Positions 1 to 9,227 of a stretch of 64,000 nucleotides of DNA are shown in pieces. The position numbers and the translations under genes were made by a program. Numbering within the stretch: the stretch's first letter is position 1; each line of letters opens with the position of its first letter. Under the pieces are notes generated by a model, which saw only the letters and a program-made list of their open reading frames with translations, was not told the DNA's origin and searched no databases. The DNA lies in the NCBI RefSeq assembly GCF_031253835.1, contig NZ_JAIRVP010000068.1; one strand, 5' to 3'. The stretch comes from Burkholderia sp. Lineage in GTDB: Bacteria; Pseudomonadota; Gammaproteobacteria; Burkholderiales; Burkholderiaceae.

Positions 1-270
1 CTGCAGCGCGTCGAACGGCAGCACGTCCTGGATGCGCAGCAGCAGGTAGCCGAGCAGCATCATCCCGGCATTGCTGAGCAGCAGCACCATCCCGTAGCGC
101 TGCCACGACATCGCTTCGTCGGGATTCACGCCGAGCAGCGCATAGGTCCGGCGTTCGACCCACGCGTGGCGCGGGCTCGTGAAGGCGTGCGCAAGCCATT
201 TCCCGACGATGGGCACCAGCGCCAGCATGATCGCGAGAACGATCGCGAATTGAATGAGATTGTTGAACAT
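1..270 (-). CDS. kdpA: Potassium-transporting ATPase subunit A; only the N-terminal 90 aa lie inside the window and the gene continues past the window edge
   Basis: The reverse-strand translation from the ATG at 268-270 reads MFNNLIQFAIVLAIMLALVPIVGKWLAHAFTS.... This aligns with the KdpA N-terminus, and the gene sits directly after kdpF. Confidence 0.8.
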   Translation of the reverse strand, partial: MFNNLIQFAIVLAIMLALVPIVGKWLAHAFTSPRHAWVERRTYALLGVNPDEAMSWQRYGMVLLLSNAGMMLLGYLLLRIQDVLPFDALQ

Positions 271-282
271 GTCGACGCTCGC

Positions 283-366
283 TCAGATCCGGTCGAGGCC
301 GGTGATGAAACCGGCCGTCAATGCAAAGAACGCGAGCGTGAACACAATGAAAAGCAGATCGCTCAT
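283..366 (-). CDS. Small hydrophobic peptide of 27 aa encoded between kdpF and kdpA
   Basis: The reverse-strand ORF reads MSDLLFIVFTLAFFALTAGFITGLDRI. It predicts a single TM helix and lies 12 nt upstream of the kdpA ATG in the same operon orientation. It is not in the ORF track, which lists only longer ORFs. Confidence 0.4.
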   Translation of the reverse strand: MSDLLFIVFTLAFFALTAGFITGLDRI

Positions 367-408
367 GACATTCACCGATATTTTCGAATTCCTGTTGAAT
401 CGCGCCGA

Positions 409-489
409 TCAATACCGCTCGGGCTTGATCAACGCATGAAACAGATAGATAAAGAGCGCGAGCGATAGCGCGCCGGTGATCCACAACAT
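409..489 (-). CDS. kdpF: Potassium-transporting ATPase subunit F (26 aa)
   Basis: The reverse-strand ORF reads MLWITGALSLALFIYLFHALIKPERY. This matches the KdpF pattern (hydrophobic helix followed by YLxxALxxPExF/Y), and it is the first gene upstream of kdpA. Confidence 0.6.
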   Translation of the reverse strand: MLWITGALSLALFIYLFHALIKPERY

Positions 490-791
490 GGCTTTCCCCT
501 TTTTTCGTATGCGCGGCATCGCCGCGCGACCGTCGGCATCGCGGGCCTTGCCGTGTCGGCGCGGGCCCGGGTGACGCCCCCATGCTCATTTGGCGAATGG
601 GATGCGACAGTGTAGAAATCCGCGTATCAAAGCGGTGTTCAATTTCTTTACGGGGAATAAAAAAGCTGTAAAGACGAAAGCCGGCGGGGGAGCGTTTTTA
701 TGCGTTCTTTTCAGGGCCAGTGCGAGTCTATACACCGTCTCTTCACGACGATTCCTAGAATGGGCGCCATGTCCAGGACGAGCTTTCCGCA

Positions 792-1139
792 GTGCGGAGC
801 ACGATGCGACCAGGGGAAGAATGCATGAAACCGACCAGAACCGAATCCGCCGCTTCACACGATCTGCCGCCCGTGCGCTCGCGGCGCAGGCTCCCCGCGG
901 ACGAACACGTGCTGCTGTCGATCCGCGTCGAATCGGACAACCTCGCGGCCGTGCGCCGCCGGCTGCATCAGGCCGTCGGCGCCGCGCTCAATGTCTACAC
1001 GGCCGCGATCGACAGGCGCACCGGGCGCGCGTGCATCGAGCTCGAAGTCGCGCGGTCGCAGGCGTCGCCCGCGATCCTGTCGATCCTCCGCCTGCTGCCG
1101 GCCGCCGAGTTCGGCACGATCCGCCTGTTGCAGCACTAG
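792..1139 (+). CDS. Hypothetical protein (115 aa; an alternative start at 825 is possible)
   Basis: It is an ORF-track ORF with strong GC3 bias typical of coding sequence in this genome. I recognise no domain, and it lies between the kdp promoter region and the porin gene. Confidence 0.3.
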   Translation: MRSTMRPGEECMKPTRTESAASHDLPPVRSRRRLPADEHVLLSIRVESDNLAAVRRRLHQAVGAALNVYTAAIDRRTGRACIELEVARSQASPAILSILRLLPAAEFGTIRLLQH

Positions 1140-1271
1140 CCGGCGTTCGCCGCCGCGCGTGACCGGCGTCACGCGCCTCTCCCCTTTCATCGATTCGAAC
1201 GCGCGAATCCGCACGGACCCGCGTGGCGAATCGTCGTTCCCGTCGCAACGGGCCTTTCCAGGAAGCACACA

Positions 1272-2399
1272 ATGAAAAAAGCAGTCGTCGGTACCCTCTC
1301 CCTCGCGTTCTTCGGCGCCGCCGCGCATGCGCAAAGCAGCGTCACGCTCTACGGGATGCTGGATGCCGGTATCGCCTATACGAACAACCAGTCGGGCAAA
1401 AGCGCGTGGCAGCAAGGCAGCGGCCTGCTGTCGAACACGGTCTTCGGCCTGAGCGGCAACGAAGATCTCGGCGGCGGCCTGCATGCGCTGTTCCGCCTCG
1501 AGAACGGCTTCAACCTGAACAACGGCACGCAGTCCTACCGGAACACGATGTTCGGCCGCCGCGCGTACGTCGGCCTGCAGAGCGACCGCTACGGCGCGCT
1601 GACGCTCGGCCGGCAATACGACGCGGTGGTCGACTACCTCGGCCCGCTCGCGATGGCGAACAACGGCGACGGCAACAACCTCGCGTCGCATCCGTTCGAC
1701 AACGACAACATCGACGATTCGTTCTACATCGACAACGCGGTGAAATACACGAGTCCGACGCTCGCCGGCTGGCAGTTCGGCGGCCTGTACGGGTTCAGCA
1801 ACGCGGCCGGCGGCTTCGCGAACAACCGCGCGTACAGCGCGGGCGTGTCGTATGCGAACGGGCCGGTCAGCCTCGGCGCCGCGTACCTGCAGCTCAACCG
1901 CGGCGGGCTGACGGCCGGCGGCGCGCTGTCGACCAACGACGGCGCGAACTTCCCGGCCGTGCGCCAGCGCGTGATGGGCGCCGGCGGCAGCTACGCGTTC
2001 GACCGGCTGACGGTCGGCGCGCTGTGGACGCATTCGATGTTCGACGACACGGCCGCGTCGTCGCTGCCCGGCGCGCTGAATGCGCTGCGCTTCGACAACT
2101 ACGAGGTCAACGCGCGCTACGCGCTGACGCCGGCCGTCTCGCTCGCGGGCGCCTATACGCTCACCGACGGCCGCTACGACGATGCCGCCGGCAGCCACCG
2201 GCCGAAATGGCACCAGGTGACGCTGATGGCCGACTACGCGCTGAGCAAGCGCACCGACGTGTATGCGGAAACCGTGTACCAGCACCAGTTCGGCGTGCCG
2301 TCCGGCGCGACGCTCGGGTTCGCGAACGTCACGGGGCTCGCGGCTTCGTCGACGAATACGCAGGTCGTCGCGACGGTCGGCATCCGCCATCGATTCTGA
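1272..2399 (+). CDS. Gram-negative general porin of the Burkholderia Omp38/OpcP type
   Basis: The protein has a signal peptide (MKKAVVGTLSLAFFGAAAHAQ), the N-terminal SVTLYGMLDAGIAY motif, glycine-rich beta-strand periodicity and a C-terminal ...GIRHRF ending in Phe. Confidence 0.9.
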   Translation: MKKAVVGTLSLAFFGAAAHAQSSVTLYGMLDAGIAYTNNQSGKSAWQQGSGLLSNTVFGLSGNEDLGGGLHALFRLENGFNLNNGTQSYRNTMFGRRAYVGLQSDRYGALTLGRQYDAVVDYLGPLAMANNGDGNNLASHPFDNDNIDDSFYIDNAVKYTSPTLAGWQFGGLYGFSNAAGGFANNRAYSAGVSYANGPVSLGAAYLQLNRGGLTAGGALSTNDGANFPAVRQRVMGAGGSYAFDRLTVGALWTHSMFDDTAASSLPGALNALRFDNYEVNARYALTPAVSLAGAYTLTDGRYDDAAGSHRPKWHQVTLMADYALSKRTDVYAETVYQHQFGVPSGATLGFANVTGLAASSTNTQVVATVGIRHRF

Positions 2400-2405
2400 C
2401 CGCAC

Positions 2406-2425
2406 GCCGGCCGTCGAAGGCCGGC
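2406..2425 (+). terminator. GC hairpin (GCCGGCC-gtcgaa-GGCCGGC) immediately after the porin stop codon; possible terminator
   Basis: This is a perfect 7-bp stem lying 7 nt after the stop. No U-tract follows it. Confidence 0.3.
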
Positions 2426-2581
2426 CGCTCTGTGCAATCCCGCATGGACGCGCGCCGGCCGAACAGGGATCATGCGGGGAATCCGGGCCCGCTCGCCCGC
2501 GAAACCGGTACACTCGGCGCCGGGCGCGCGCCGGATCGGCATTCGGCAGCGGGCCGCCGCCGACTCTGGAATCGCGATCCC

Positions 2582-3277
2582 ATGACCACACCGATCTATC
2601 AGGAAATCAAGGACTTCATCCTCGCCCGCATTCATGCCGGCGAGTGGGCGGAAGGCGACCAGGTGCCGTCGGAGAACGAACTCGCGCGCGAATTCAACGT
2701 CGCGCGGATGACCGTCAACCGCGCGCTGCGCGAACTGACGGCCGAACAGGTGCTCACGCGCACGCGCGGCTCGGGTACGTATGTCGCGTCGCCGAAGTAT
2801 GAATCGACGCTCGTCGCGATCCGCAGCATCTCGGACGAAGTCGCCGCGCGCGGCCACGGCTATCGCGCGCAGGTGCTGCAGGTCGGCGCGGCCGTTGCCG
2901 ATACGAAACTCGCCGACGAGCTGCAGCTCGATACGGGCAGCCCGATCTTCCATTCGCGCGTGCTGCATTTCGAGAACGACACGCCCGTGCAGCTCGAGGA
3001 ACGCTGGGTCAATCCGGCCTGCGCGCCGGAATATGCGCTGCAGGACTTCACGACGACGACGCCGAACCAGTACCTGACGCGCGTCGCACCGCTGCAGCGC
3101 GTCGAATACCGGATCGAGGCCGCGATGCCCGACGCCGAAACGCGCCGCCACCTGACGATGGACGACCGCGAGCCGTGCCTGCTGCTGCATCGGCGCACGT
3201 GGTCGCAGGGAATGGTCGCGTCGGTCGCGAATCTGTGGCACCCGGGCAGCCGTTACCGGTTCACCGGGCATTTCTGA
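2582..3277 (+). CDS. GntR-family transcriptional regulator of the HutC subfamily (UTRA effector domain)
   Basis: The N-terminus (MTTPIYQEIKDFILARI...GDQVPSENELAREFNVARMTVNRALRELTAEQVLTRTRGSGTYVA) is a winged HTH of the HutC type. Confidence 0.85.
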   Translation: MTTPIYQEIKDFILARIHAGEWAEGDQVPSENELAREFNVARMTVNRALRELTAEQVLTRTRGSGTYVASPKYESTLVAIRSISDEVAARGHGYRAQVLQVGAAVADTKLADELQLDTGSPIFHSRVLHFENDTPVQLEERWVNPACAPEYALQDFTTTTPNQYLTRVAPLQRVEYRIEAAMPDAETRRHLTMDDREPCLLLHRRTWSQGMVASVANLWHPGSRYRFTGHF

Positions 3278-3292
3278 TGCCGACGCGCGGGT

Positions 3293-4534
3293 TCACCGCG
3301 CCGCGGCGCGCCCCCATCGCTCGATCGCGCTGACGGCCAGCGTCAAGCCGTCCTCTTGCGCGATGCGCGCGCCGAGTGCGGTCGCACGCGCTTTCGTCTC
3401 GCCCCGTTCGGCAAACGCGATGGCCCGCGCCAGCGCCGCGGCCTCCACGCGCCGCCCCGCCACGGGCGCATCGGCCACACCGAGCCGCTGCAGCCGGTTC
3501 GCCCAGAAGCACTGATCGCCCGCGAACGGCACGACGACCGACGGAATGCCGGCCCGTGCGGCCGAATGCGTGGTGCCCGACCCGCCGTGATGAATCGCCA
3601 TCGATACGCGCGGAAACAGCCCGTCATGCGGCGTGTCGCCGATCACGCGAACGTGCGCGGGCAGCATCGACGCATCGATGCCGCTCCAGCCGGGATAGAA
3701 CAGCGCGCGGCGGCCGGCGAGCGCATGGGTCAGCGCGTCGACCATTGCAGCCCGGTCGAAGCCGGCCATGCTGCCGAAGCCGATGTACACGGGCGGATCG
3801 CCCGCTTCGAGAAATGCCGAGAGCTCGGGCGGCGGCGCCCATGCATGCGCATCGATCCGCCACTGGCCGCAGGCCTGCACATTCGGCGGCCAGTCGGCCG
3901 GGCCGGACAGCAGCGCCGGCGACACCCCGTACAGCATCGGATGATCGGTCCACACGTGCTTGCGCGGCGGCAACCCGCACACGCTGGCGCGCGCCGCGTT
4001 CGTCGACTGCCTGAACGCCTGCCACAACAATGCGTTCACGAACCGGTGGCTCGCGCGATTCAGCCAGCGCGGCACCTTCCCCGGCGGCAGGAACGGCGAC
4101 GCGAATCCGGCGGTCGGCGTGATCGGGATCATGCCGGCGCCGATCGCCGGCACGCGGCGATACTCGGCGACCGACAGCCCGACGAACGACGCCAGCCCCG
4201 ACACGAGGATCGCGTCGCAACCGTCCGACGCGTCTGCCACTTCGCGCATCCACGCCGCCGTGTTCGCATTCGCGATCGCCGCGAGCGCCTTCGACGTATC
4301 GTTGAAGCCGCCGCGCCTGCGCACCGCATCGGCCAGCGCGCCATCCGGCGCAATCGCGCGGCGGATATCGCCGGACAACGGCGCCGACGGCACGCCGAGT
4401 GCTGCGGCTGCTCCGAGCGTGGCCGCGTCGGCAAGCAGCCGGACTTCATGGCCGGCGTCCTGCAGCGCGCGGCCGAGCGCCGCGAGCGGACGCGTGTCGC
4501 CTTCGGTGCCGTAGGTGGCGATGACAAGCTTCAT
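3293..4534 (-). CDS. GT1-family UDP-glycosyltransferase (MGT / UDP-glucuronosyl-glucosyl transferase-like)
   Basis: The start is MKLVIATYGTEGDTRPLAALGRAL, and the C-terminal domain carries the GT1 signature HHGGSGTTHSAARAGIPSVVVPFAGDQCFWANRL. Confidence 0.85.
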   Translation of the reverse strand: MKLVIATYGTEGDTRPLAALGRALQDAGHEVRLLADAATLGAAAALGVPSAPLSGDIRRAIAPDGALADAVRRRGGFNDTSKALAAIANANTAAWMREVADASDGCDAILVSGLASFVGLSVAEYRRVPAIGAGMIPITPTAGFASPFLPPGKVPRWLNRASHRFVNALLWQAFRQSTNAARASVCGLPPRKHVWTDHPMLYGVSPALLSGPADWPPNVQACGQWRIDAHAWAPPPELSAFLEAGDPPVYIGFGSMAGFDRAAMVDALTHALAGRRALFYPGWSGIDASMLPAHVRVIGDTPHDGLFPRVSMAIHHGGSGTTHSAARAGIPSVVVPFAGDQCFWANRLQRLGVADAPVAGRRVEAAALARAIAFAERGETKARATALGARIAQEDGLTLAVSAIERWGRAAAR

Positions 4535-4626
4535 GCACGACTCCTCGCACGACGGAAACGGGTGGATTCTCAAAAATGCACGTCGTATACTAATGCAATT
4601 CGTACATTTTCAGGCACTCTCCCGCC

Positions 4627-5247
4627 ATGCCGATTCCGACCGACGACCTGGGCCGCCGCGCACGCAAGCGCATCCAGATGCTCGCGCATCTCGCCGCCAC
4701 CGGCGCGCGCCTGTTCGATGCGCACGGCTACGATGCCGTCACGATGGAGCAGATCGCCGCCGAGGCCGATGTTGCGAAGCGCACGCTGTACAACCACTTT
4801 CCGACGAAGGAAGCCGTGCTCGCGCACTGGCTCGAGGGCGAACTCGCGCGCGATCTCGCGCATCTGCAGCACGACGTCGCACGGCGCAAGACCTTCGCAT
4901 CGCGCATCGGCTGCGTGCTCGACGCGTCGGCCGCGTGGTGCGAACAGCATCCCGCGTACCTGCTCGCGTACCTGCGGCACCGGCTCATGAGCATCGGTGC
5001 GGTCGAACCGGAAAGGGACGGAGAGAACGGCAGCGATATCGCGCTGGTGTGGCAGCAACTGATCGTCGCCGGGCAGCAGGCCGGCGAACTGAACGGCACG
5101 CTGCAGGCCGATCAGCTCGCGACCTGGTTCCATCACCTGTATCTCGCGGCGATGCTGCGCTGGCTGACCGTGCCGGGGTTGTCGCTGAAACGGGAGTTTC
5201 AGTCGATTGCGAAGCTGTTTATCGAAGGCGCCGAAGCGAAACGCTGA
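4627..5247 (+). CDS. TetR/AcrR-family transcriptional regulator
   Basis: The N-terminal HTH reads MEQIAAEADVAKRTLYNHFPTKEAVL. The gene is divergent from the GT1 gene. Confidence 0.85.
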   Translation: MPIPTDDLGRRARKRIQMLAHLAATGARLFDAHGYDAVTMEQIAAEADVAKRTLYNHFPTKEAVLAHWLEGELARDLAHLQHDVARRKTFASRIGCVLDASAAWCEQHPAYLLAYLRHRLMSIGAVEPERDGENGSDIALVWQQLIVAGQQAGELNGTLQADQLATWFHHLYLAAMLRWLTVPGLSLKREFQSIAKLFIEGAEAKR

Positions 5248-5369
5248 GCAACACAAGCGTTCGCACCGGGCGTTCACACGCTCGTACGCTTACAAGCGCC
5301 CGAACACGACCGCGAGCAGCGAGCGGCCGAAACGGGCGATCGCCGCGCCGCATGTCACCCACGCGCGCT

Positions 5370-5984
5370 TCATTTTTTCCGCGACGCGTTCGCCGCCCGC
5401 TCACCGCGTGGCGCGGCAGCGTCCCCATCCGACGGCCATTGCGTCTCGTCGAGCAGCCGGTCGAACAGCCGCGCGCGCTCGTCGGCCGACAGCGGGCACA
5501 GCCCGAACATCGCCGATAGCGCGAGCCCCCACGCGGCCTTCCAGCGCAGCAGCGCGAGATCGGGATCGCCCGATTCGGCCACCATGCGCTTCACGTTCTC
5601 GGCATCGGTCTCCCGCACCTTCTCCAGCGGTGCGGGATCTTCGACGAGCGCCGCCATGATCGCGAGCGCCGCCGACGGCTGCTGGTCGATCACTTCGTGC
5701 ATCGTCGCGATCTGCGCGGACAGCGTCGGCTGCGCGTCGCGCGGATCGCGCGCGGCCAGATAGTCGCGCTGGAAACGTTGATAGGTGTCCTGCTGATGTT
5801 CCATCAGCGCGTTCAGCACATCGCCTTTCGTGCGGAACTGATGCATCAGCCCGCCCTTGCTGATCCCGCTTTCGCGCGAAATCGCATCGAACGTGAGCTT
5901 GCCCGGCCCATCGCGCTCGAGGATCGCGAGCGCCGCCTGGATCGCGGCAGTGCGCGTTCGCTCGGAACGCGTCGGGTTATCCAT
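5370..5984 (-). CDS. TetR-family transcriptional regulator
   Basis: The internal start MDNPTRSERTRTAAIQAALAILERDGPGKLTFDAISRESGISKGGLMHQF is a TetR HTH. The longer ORF-track start at 6344 would add a 120-aa Arg-rich extension that is not plausible. Confidence 0.8.
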   Translation of the reverse strand: MDNPTRSERTRTAAIQAALAILERDGPGKLTFDAISRESGISKGGLMHQFRTKGDVLNALMEHQQDTYQRFQRDYLAARDPRDAQPTLSAQIATMHEVIDQQPSAALAIMAALVEDPAPLEKVRETDAENVKRMVAESGDPDLALLRWKAAWGLALSAMFGLCPLSADERARLFDRLLDETQWPSDGDAAAPRGERAANASRKK

Positions 5985-6071
5985 GAACTGCTCCCAGTAT
6001 GGAGTGATGCGATGCGACCGCGCCGTGCCGGTGCGGTCGTAGGAAGGAAGTGCGCGGAGTTTATCACAAAC

Positions 6072-6089
6072 AAACCGCCTGGTCGGTTT
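6072..6089. promoter_or_regulatory. Operator-like palindrome AAACCGcCTGGtCGGTTT
   Basis: It is an 18-bp inverted repeat about 90 bp upstream of the TetR start at 5984. A related copy lies at 6269-6286. Confidence 0.4.
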
Positions 6090-6268
6090 ACATCCGGAAA
6101 TGGCGGTGCTACGATCGGCTCCCGCATCGGCCCCGGCCGAATGACGGGCGCGTCGTGCACCGCATGATGCGACGCGCGGGCCACCCGTGGCCCGGCTTTC
6201 CGGCCGATGACCGCTGCCGGATGGCCTGTCGTTTCCGATTTTCATGCGGTTATTGCGCCCCCAAAAAC

Positions 6269-6286
6269 AAACCGTCTGGTTGGTTT
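6269..6286. promoter_or_regulatory. Second operator-like palindrome, AAACCGTCTGGTTGGTTT
   Basis: It is the same AAACC(G)...(C)GGTTT inverted repeat, preceded by ACAAACAAACC / AAAAACAAACC as at the first copy. It lies about 90 bp upstream of the lipoprotein gene. Confidence 0.4.
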
Positions 6287-6372
6287 TTTCATAACCCCGA
6301 GCGGCGATGCCGCCCTGTTGCATACCCTTTCGCACCGGCTCCACCGGCGCGAATCCCGACCCGGAGAGTCAG

Positions 6373-7035
6373 ATGAACCGATCGATCAAGCCCAGCCTGC
6401 TGCTCAACGCCGCACTTTGCGCCGTACTCGCCGGATGCGCCGGCGTCCAGCCCGCCCGCTACAGCGGCATCGAATCGTCGCCGTACCTGCGCAGCGATCC
6501 GCAGGACAAGTCGGGCCGCGTGCCCTACCGCTACGCGCTGCCGGCCGACTGGCACACGTACCGGAAGCTGATCCTCGACCCGGTCACCATCTATCGCGGC
6601 ACCGATCATCAGTTCGGCGACCTGACCGACCAGGACAAGTCGACGCTCGCCGCGTACATGAGCGACACGTTCGCGAAGAAGCTCGGCAAGCACTTCGAGC
6701 TGACGAACACGCCGGGCCCCGGCACGCTGCGCGTGAAGCTGACGCTGACGGGTGCCGTCACGACGACGACGTTTGCCGGCGCGTTCGCGCATTTCGATCT
6801 CGCGGGCAACGTCTACAACGGCGTGCAGGCGATCCGCGGCCGCGAAGGCGCGTTCACGGGCTCGGTCATCTACGCGGTCGAGATCCGCGACGCCGCGACG
6901 AACCGGCTGATCGGCGCGTACGTGACGAAGCAATATCCGAATGCGATGAACATCGGCGCGAGTTTCGGCGCGCTCAGCGCGGCAAGGACCGGCATCGACA
7001 AGGGTGCCGATGCGCTCGTCGCGCAATTCGACTGA
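6373..7035 (+). CDS. Lipoprotein of unknown function
   Basis: The signal peptide carries a lipobox (LLNAALCAVLAGCAG), and the gene is co-oriented with the MCE-domain gene immediately downstream. Confidence 0.7.
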   Translation: MNRSIKPSLLLNAALCAVLAGCAGVQPARYSGIESSPYLRSDPQDKSGRVPYRYALPADWHTYRKLILDPVTIYRGTDHQFGDLTDQDKSTLAAYMSDTFAKKLGKHFELTNTPGPGTLRVKLTLTGAVTTTTFAGAFAHFDLAGNVYNGVQAIRGREGAFTGSVIYAVEIRDAATNRLIGAYVTKQYPNAMNIGASFGALSAARTGIDKGADALVAQFD

Positions 7036-7069
7036 AGCCTGCCGGCGCGCATTGGCACGTGTCGCGCAG

Positions 7070-8662
7070 ATGCGTACCTGCTGGCCCCGCGTGGCGCTCG
7101 TCTGGCTCGTTCCGCTCGCGGCCGCCGCGTGCTGTCTCGCATGGGGCACGTCGTTGCTCGCCAGCCGCGGTCCGACCGTCACGATCGCCTTCGCGACCGC
7201 CGACGGGCTGGAGGCCGGCCGGTCGACGCTGCGGCTGCGCAACGTCGAGATCGGCCGCGTCACGCGCGTTCGTGCAGTGCGCGGCCAACCGGGCGTGAGG
7301 ATCGACGTGCGGCTGGACACCGACGCGCGCGCACTGGCGGTGGCGGACACGCGCTTCTGGATCGTGCGGCCGCGCATCGGGCCCGGCGGGCTCTCCGGCC
7401 TCGATTCGGTGCTGTCCGGTTCGTACATCGCGGCCGCACTCGGCCGTTCGCACGAACCGCGCACGCGTTTCACCGGGCTCGATGCCCCACCCGTGACCGA
7501 GGACGGCGGCCGGCACTACACGCTGCGCGCGACGTCGCTCGGCTCGGTCGCGATCGGCTCGCCGGTCTACCACCGGCGCGCGCGCGTCGGCCAGGTAACC
7601 GGCTATGCACTCGATGCGGACGGACACGGCGTATCGATCGACGTATTCATCGCCGCGCCGTTCGTTCGCTACGTCGACATCGATACGCGCTGGTGGCAGG
7701 CCGGTGGCCTCGGCCTGCGGCTCGGCGCGGGCGGCATGCAGCTCGACACGCCGTCGATCGCCGCGCTGCTCGCCGGCGCGCTCGCGTTCGCGTCGCCGCC
7801 CGGACACACGGCGATCGCCGCGGCGCCGGACGGCACGCGCTTTCGCGTGGCCGGCAACGAGATCGACGCGATGCGCACGCCGAACGCACCGGCCGCGCCG
7901 GTGGTGATGCGTTTCGACCGCTCGCTGCGCGGCCTCGCGGTCGGTGCGCCGGTGGATTTTCGCGGGATCGAACTCGGCAACGTGACGGCCGTCGGCACCG
8001 AATACGACGCCGCACGCGGCGACGTCACGATGCGCGTGACGATGGCGCTCTACCCCGATCGTCTCGGGCAGCGCTACCGCGCGGTACTCGGCAACGGCGA
8101 CACCGACGCCGGCAGGGCGCTGCTCCACACGCTCGTCGCGCGCGGTTTGCGCGGCCAGCTGCGCATCGGCAATCCGATCGCGAACCGGTCGTATGTCGCG
8201 CTCGACATGTTCCCGCACGCGCCGCCCGCATCGGTCGACACGACTCGCGAGCCGATTGCACTCCCGACCGTGCCCGGCACGCTCGACGTGCTGCGCGACC
8301 AGATTGCCGACATCGTCGGTACCGTTTCCCGATTGCCGCTCGACAGGATGGGTGCGCACCTGAACGCCGCGCTCGTGAACACCGATGCGCTGTTCGCACG
8401 ACTCGATACCGAACTCGCGCCGCAAACGCGCGATGCGCTGCGCACCGCGCGTCAGACATTCACGACTGCGGAAACCATGCTTCGACAAGAGGGTGCGAAC
8501 GCATCGAACGTCCGCCGCACGCTGACGCAATTTGCGCGCACATCGAGCGCGCTGCGCGCCTTGGCAGACGATCTGGAGCAGCATCCGGAATGGTTGCTGC
8601 CGAACGGTTCAGGCGCCACGCGGCGCGATCACGCACCGCATCCGGCAAGCACCGCGCAGTAA
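7070..8662 (+). CDS. MCE-domain protein (PqiB/MlaD-like intermembrane transport protein)
   Basis: The N-terminus has a TM helix (MRTCWPRVALVWLVPLAAAACCLAW), followed by repeated MCE-like segments (RVTRVRAVRGQPGVRIDVRLD...; GSPVYHRRARVGQVTGYALDADGHGVSIDVFI...). Confidence 0.75.
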   Translation: MRTCWPRVALVWLVPLAAAACCLAWGTSLLASRGPTVTIAFATADGLEAGRSTLRLRNVEIGRVTRVRAVRGQPGVRIDVRLDTDARALAVADTRFWIVRPRIGPGGLSGLDSVLSGSYIAAALGRSHEPRTRFTGLDAPPVTEDGGRHYTLRATSLGSVAIGSPVYHRRARVGQVTGYALDADGHGVSIDVFIAAPFVRYVDIDTRWWQAGGLGLRLGAGGMQLDTPSIAALLAGALAFASPPGHTAIAAAPDGTRFRVAGNEIDAMRTPNAPAAPVVMRFDRSLRGLAVGAPVDFRGIELGNVTAVGTEYDAARGDVTMRVTMALYPDRLGQRYRAVLGNGDTDAGRALLHTLVARGLRGQLRIGNPIANRSYVALDMFPHAPPASVDTTREPIALPTVPGTLDVLRDQIADIVGTVSRLPLDRMGAHLNAALVNTDALFARLDTELAPQTRDALRTARQTFTTAETMLRQEGANASNVRRTLTQFARTSSALRALADDLEQHPEWLLPNGSGATRRDHAPHPASTAQ

Positions 8663-8839
8663 ACGCGTCGCGCGGCGCACACCCATTTTTACGACGAACG
8701 CACGCACCGCATGCCAAATTTCCCGCGCAGCAGTATGCTGGTGTCGTACGGCTGCGCACTGTGCGTCGGGTAATCCCTTCGTTCGCACGTGATCGCGCCG
8801 CCGTCGCGACCGCAATCATGCGTTGCAAGGAGGGTTGTG

Positions 8840-9193
8840 ATGGCTACCACGCATCAGCACTTCCACCTCGAACTACGGCACGCCACCGCGCCGACGTACT
8901 TCATCAGTTACCTGTTCCCCGCCTTGCTGTTCGCATACGAACTGCTGCGCGTCGGCCAGTGGATCCGCGATCACGGGATGCAATTCGCCGCGTTCAAGCA
9001 GATGGGTTACGAGTATCTGCTGATGCTGCTGTTCGTCGGGCTGCAGATCGTCGTCGAGGCGATCTTCCTGCTCGGCGCCGCGATGCGCCGCGACAATCGC
9101 GACTTCGAGCACCGGCTGCCGAACGTGATCCTCGGCATCGGCTGCTCGATCGCGATACTCGCGCTCGATCTCGCGATCCAGCTGTCGTTCTGA
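8840..9193 (+). CDS. Small integral membrane protein (117 aa), hypothetical
   Basis: A strong SD (AGGAGG) sits 6 nt upstream of the ATG. The protein MATTHQHFHLELRHATAPTYFISYLFPALLFAYELL... predicts 3-4 TM helices. Confidence 0.5.
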   Translation: MATTHQHFHLELRHATAPTYFISYLFPALLFAYELLRVGQWIRDHGMQFAAFKQMGYEYLLMLLFVGLQIVVEAIFLLGAAMRRDNRDFEHRLPNVILGIGCSIAILALDLAIQLSF

Positions 9194-9227
9194 CGGCCGG
9201 CGGGCCCGGCCCGCCGGTTGCCGGCGC

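Noticed and set aside
855-2591. 578-aa ORF on the minus strand overlapping the porin gene
   Set aside because: It is antisense to a well-supported porin gene, its translation is extremely Arg/Ala-rich as expected for an out-of-frame read in high-GC DNA, and it has no recognisable domain.
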